Positions 60,817 to 64,000 of a stretch of 64,000 bases of DNA are shown piece after piece. How positions within the stretch are numbered: position 1 is the first letter of the stretch; each line of letters opens with the position of its first letter. The translations under genes and the position numbers were made by a program. The stretch is from Gammaproteobacteria bacterium (lineage in GTDB: Bacteria; Pseudomonadota; Gammaproteobacteria; GCA-001735895): positions 1 to 64,000 of the forward strand of contig JBNKUM010000070.1 in assembly GCA_050298595.1 (NCBI GenBank), given 5' to 3'. The notes below the pieces were generated by a model that did not search any database, was not told where the DNA came from, and saw nothing but the letters and a program-made list of their open reading frames with translations.

Positions 60817-61533
60817 TCACTTATCAGAAGAAATAATTACGTTAAGTATGTCATCAATATCCTCCTCTGAGGTAACCTCATCTTTCTCTGAATCGATCAC
60901 TCCAATATCGACATCATCCGCATATAGGGTCTCTTTCTCATCATTTTCATCTTCCTGATGATGTTCAACTTTCTTTTCTACGACCTCAGTCTTTTCCAGC
61001 TCATGACTACTTCCACCTCCAAACATATTGCCAAACTCAGCGATCATATCGGACATGGTTTTATTGGTTATGGCTAGCTCCTCAGATAATTGAGCATTCG
61101 CTGTTCGTAGTAGTTCTATCTGTTCGTCTTTCTCAGTATCTTCTTTTTCAACTACAGTCGTTACAGGAATCAGACTTCTATAGGTATCAATCAGCTCAGC
61201 AACGTCAGCATCCAGAGATCCCAGGGCTTCATAATCGCGTGTTAAATACAGGTCGATAACTTTCTGGAAAAAACGCTTTTCTGATTTATCTATCTTATTA
61301 ATAGCTTTTTTTAACTGGGGCCCTTCCAGGTTATATATTTTTTTAAGATAGGAGCCAGTCAAAGTGTGGCGGGCTTCCGTCTGATGTTTAATCTGTTCAA
61401 CCAGTTTTAAAGCCGCATCACGGTCTTTTTTTTTCTTTTTAGAGGTAAAATAGAGCCAGGTGATTACACCGATGAATAAAATGACATAGGCTTCAATTAA
61501 CAGAGAAAAAACAATAGCTGAAATTTCAATCAT
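60817..61533 (-). CDS. Hypothetical membrane-anchored coiled-coil acidic protein
   Basis: N-terminal TM, coiled coil, acidic tail EEDIDDIL. Confidence 0.7.
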   Translation of the reverse strand: MIEISAIVFSLLIEAYVILFIGVITWLYFTSKKKKKDRDAALKLVEQIKHQTEARHTLTGSYLKKIYNLEGPQLKKAINKIDKSEKRFFQKVIDLYLTRDYEALGSLDADVAELIDTYRSLIPVTTVVEKEDTEKDEQIELLRTANAQLSEELAITNKTMSDMIAEFGNMFGGGSSHELEKTEVVEKKVEHHQEDENDEKETLYADDVDIGVIDSEKDEVTSEEDIDDILNVIISSDK

Positions 61534-63337
61534 TTATCGACACCCCTATTTCATCATTATTCTCCTCATCCAACAGGCTTATTGAATTTTTATGCCTTGA
61601 TTTACGTATATACCAGTATACCCCGAGCCCGATTATGATAATCGCTACATTCGCTATAGCTATCATCATGATATTAAAAAACAGATCGCTCGGCGATTGA
61701 TCATTCTGAGTCTTTATTTCTGGAATATCTACATCATTGGTGACCGACTCTTCAACTACTGGCTTCTCAGGCTCTACAACTTGGGGGGTGTTTTCCACCC
61801 CTGCCTGTTTAACCCCCTCAATGGGGTACGGGGGTAGCTCATATGCCACAGTTTGGCCATCATGAGTTTGGGCTTCTACCTTGATCAAAACACGATGCGT
61901 CCCATCCTGTTGATTAGCCTCTAACTCCACAGACCAGCCCTCTGTTTGCAGCACAACAACCTGAGGTTGAAGTTGTTTATCCGGATGCTCCAGAAAGACC
62001 GTTATATTGGCCGTCTCAGGCTTTATATATTCGTCGTGGGGAGTAAGACTAAGCTCATAAATACCCTGTTTATCTGTTTCGGCAATATCAACCTCAATTG
62101 GCCAATATACATTGACACTATATTTTTTACTGCGATTAAAGGTTGAACCATCTGCATGTACTTCAATCTCATGCAATCCCTCAGTTAATGGGGCAGCTAT
62201 GGTGTGCAGATAGATCCCCTTGTCAGCAATCTCAAGGGATTTTTTAAGCTCCAGAGGTAATTTTTCAGTACTCTTCTTATCCTTATGAACAGCATAAAAA
62301 TTAACAAATTTCAGGAAACTGTTTTTACTAATTTTTTTGCCTTCGTTATGCAGCTCAACCTTTAAATTAACTGCCTGGTTCGGCATCAGATAGGCTGGGA
62401 TATTATCAACCATGAGTTTCAGGTCAGTCACAATCATGACTCGATTATCTGGATCTATTTCGGTATCCAGCATCCATACACCTGGCTGAGGATTGCTTAC
62501 AGTGATTAGATCATAGCCCTGATCATTCACCCATTTTACCTGACTTGTATGACTGTCCTGTGTAAGAGTATTTTTATCCGGTGTAGAAAGACTAATTTTT
62601 TTACCCGATTTATTAAATACCAATAAGGTCATTTCATTGACAGTTTTATCAATAGTAAACTGGTTATCCACTAAAGGAACCATATCGGGTACGGTTGCCC
62701 GCTCGAAGATTTTAAGAAATACGCGCTGTAGTTGATCAGCTGATCTGGCTATCTCAAATGCACCACCTGTTTCAAAAGCGATTCTTTTTAACAGGTTTTC
62801 ATCGGTAAATTGAGATAAAGCAATGGCATGCACAATCACCCCCTTTTTTACTAACTGGGGTATGGTTTTAGAAATCAATGTGTCGCGTGATTCCTGGTTT
62901 TTTAATGCATTCTTTGACACATCAACCTTTCCATCGGTTAACAGGATCAGATTACGCCTGGTGTCAGGATCAGGCTTTTCCCAACCCGTACTAGCCCGAT
63001 TAAGGGCACTGTCAATATTGGTGAACTTGCCTCGCGAGTGTATCGCCATAGCCCCCTTTGCTGCGCTTTGTCGCCAGCTTTCATCGACCTTACCCCATTT
63101 GACTTCCATATTGGTGTAACGCCCAAAAGTCCACACTCCAGCACTGGCTCCACTTGGAATCAGGCCGCTTATCATGCGTAACGCCGGTTGCCTCAGATTT
63201 TGAGGATCGGTTTTAAGCATACTGCCCGAGATATCGATTACTATACGAATATCATCAAGTTGAGCTCTGCATACCTGAGCGCTTAATACAAAAATCGTCA
63301 AGCATGAGAGTGTAAATTTTAACAGCTTCCTTAGCAT
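61526..63337 (-). CDS. vWA domain protein with C-terminal TM anchor (TIGR03503-like)
   Basis: MIDAS DISGS...TNI...LLTDG, signal peptide, C-terminal TM. Confidence 0.85.
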   Translation of the reverse strand: MLRKLLKFTLSCLTIFVLSAQVCRAQLDDIRIVIDISGSMLKTDPQNLRQPALRMISGLIPSGASAGVWTFGRYTNMEVKWGKVDESWRQSAAKGAMAIHSRGKFTNIDSALNRASTGWEKPDPDTRRNLILLTDGKVDVSKNALKNQESRDTLISKTIPQLVKKGVIVHAIALSQFTDENLLKRIAFETGGAFEIARSADQLQRVFLKIFERATVPDMVPLVDNQFTIDKTVNEMTLLVFNKSGKKISLSTPDKNTLTQDSHTSQVKWVNDQGYDLITVSNPQPGVWMLDTEIDPDNRVMIVTDLKLMVDNIPAYLMPNQAVNLKVELHNEGKKISKNSFLKFVNFYAVHKDKKSTEKLPLELKKSLEIADKGIYLHTIAAPLTEGLHEIEVHADGSTFNRSKKYSVNVYWPIEVDIAETDKQGIYELSLTPHDEYIKPETANITVFLEHPDKQLQPQVVVLQTEGWSVELEANQQDGTHRVLIKVEAQTHDGQTVAYELPPYPIEGVKQAGVENTPQVVEPEKPVVEESVTNDVDIPEIKTQNDQSPSDLFFNIMMIAIANVAIIIIGLGVYWYIRKSRHKNSISLLDEENNDEIGVSIND

Positions 63338-63496
63338 TCAAATTTCTCTCAATTTTATTATGTTATCGTCCCGAAACCTCAAACTTTAAGTAAAAAACCC
63401 TTAATTCTCTTATATCACCCATAAATGTAGTTTCATTTTAATACTTTTTTATAAAATAATTTGTCTTATACTTATGCGAGTATAGAGAATAAAGCC

Positions 63497-64000
63497 ATGG
63501 CAAGCATGCCAGAAAAAATTAATTTATTAAATGAATTTCAAATCACTAGCACTTATGACTGGTGCGTTAAGGCATTTCGTACAACTCGTAAGTTACTTAA
63601 ACTCAATATAAAACTGCATGATGATTTAAGTCAGCCCTGCCGCAAAACTATCGAGCAGGGAGATATTTTCCTGTTCAATCATTTCGCCCGTTTTGAAACC
63701 TTTATCCCTCAATATCTAATTTTTGAAGAAACTGGGGACTATTGCCATTCCATAGCATCAAGCGAATTTTTTGATGATAAGCGGTTTGCATCCTTTCTAA
63801 GGTCTATTGGAGTGATTCCGAATACCTTACCCTCTCTTTTCCCCCTGATGGCACACGAGATTCTACATGGGCGTAAACTCATCATCTTCCCGGAAGGCGG
63901 CATGGTAAAGGATAAACGCGTTGTCAATGACAAGGGTGAGTTCGGCATTTATTCACGTACTGCGCTAGAAACTCGCAAACACCACCGGGGTGCAGCCGTC
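63497..64000 (+). CDS. 5' part of a PlsC-like acyltransferase-domain protein, running off the window
   Basis: 168 open codons from ATG 63497: FLFNHFARFETF...LIIFPEGGMVKD. Not in the ORF track. Confidence 0.75.
   Translation, partial: MASMPEKINLLNEFQITSTYDWCVKAFRTTRKLLKLNIKLHDDLSQPCRKTIEQGDIFLFNHFARFETFIPQYLIFEETGDYCHSIASSEFFDDKRFASFLRSIGVIPNTLPSLFPLMAHEILHGRKLIIFPEGGMVKDKRVVNDKGEFGIYSRTALETRKHHRGAAV

Noticed and set aside
3785-63948. Numerous 60-165 aa ORFs antisense to or nested in housekeeping genes
   Set aside because: Shadow ORFs of well-supported genes, with no recognisable motifs.
1-64000. tRNA, rRNA, tmRNA or RNase P genes, or an intact transposase
   Set aside because: No recognisable signature sequences found by eye; a tRNAscan/Infernal run would be needed to exclude them formally.

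Overview
This is a chromosomal window from a gammaproteobacterium, probably a sulfur oxidiser given a periplasmic SoxL-like rhodanese. About 90% is housekeeping DNA: an LPS/lipid A cluster (PAP2 phosphatase, lpxL, waaA, GT4/GT9/GT2, asnB, sulfotransferase); ndk-rlmN-pilW-rodZ-hisS-yfgM-bamB-der without ispG; thrC/hom/alaC; lolC/E-lolD, comEC-exbB-exbD-msbA-lpxK-ycaR-kdsB-nudF; and mfd-csiV. The first ~3.8 kb is an accessory island. It begins with the 3' end of a tyrosine recombinase missed by the ORF track (LGHSHLQTTMIYTHV...SPLDRL, 2-100). Downstream are a GGA-hairpin array nested in a REP-like palindrome, a membrane protein with a hexamer-periodic Ala/Val tract, an eCIS-effector-like nucleotidyltransferase and an attC-like hairpin. 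Two copies of a 45-bp-spaced AATGTC(C/A)GCTT-type motif pair bracket these genes, making this a candidate non-canonical integron-like gene-capture array. Other notable signals are a candidate ~270-nt ncRNA upstream of a degenerate PP2C-like gene, an IS5-type MITE sharing a covarying stem-loop with that RNA, a 40-bp perfect palindrome, two single-base frameshifts and an internally deleted pseudogene. No rRNA, tRNA or CRISPR array was recognised. Family assignments come from motif recognition by eye, not database searches.
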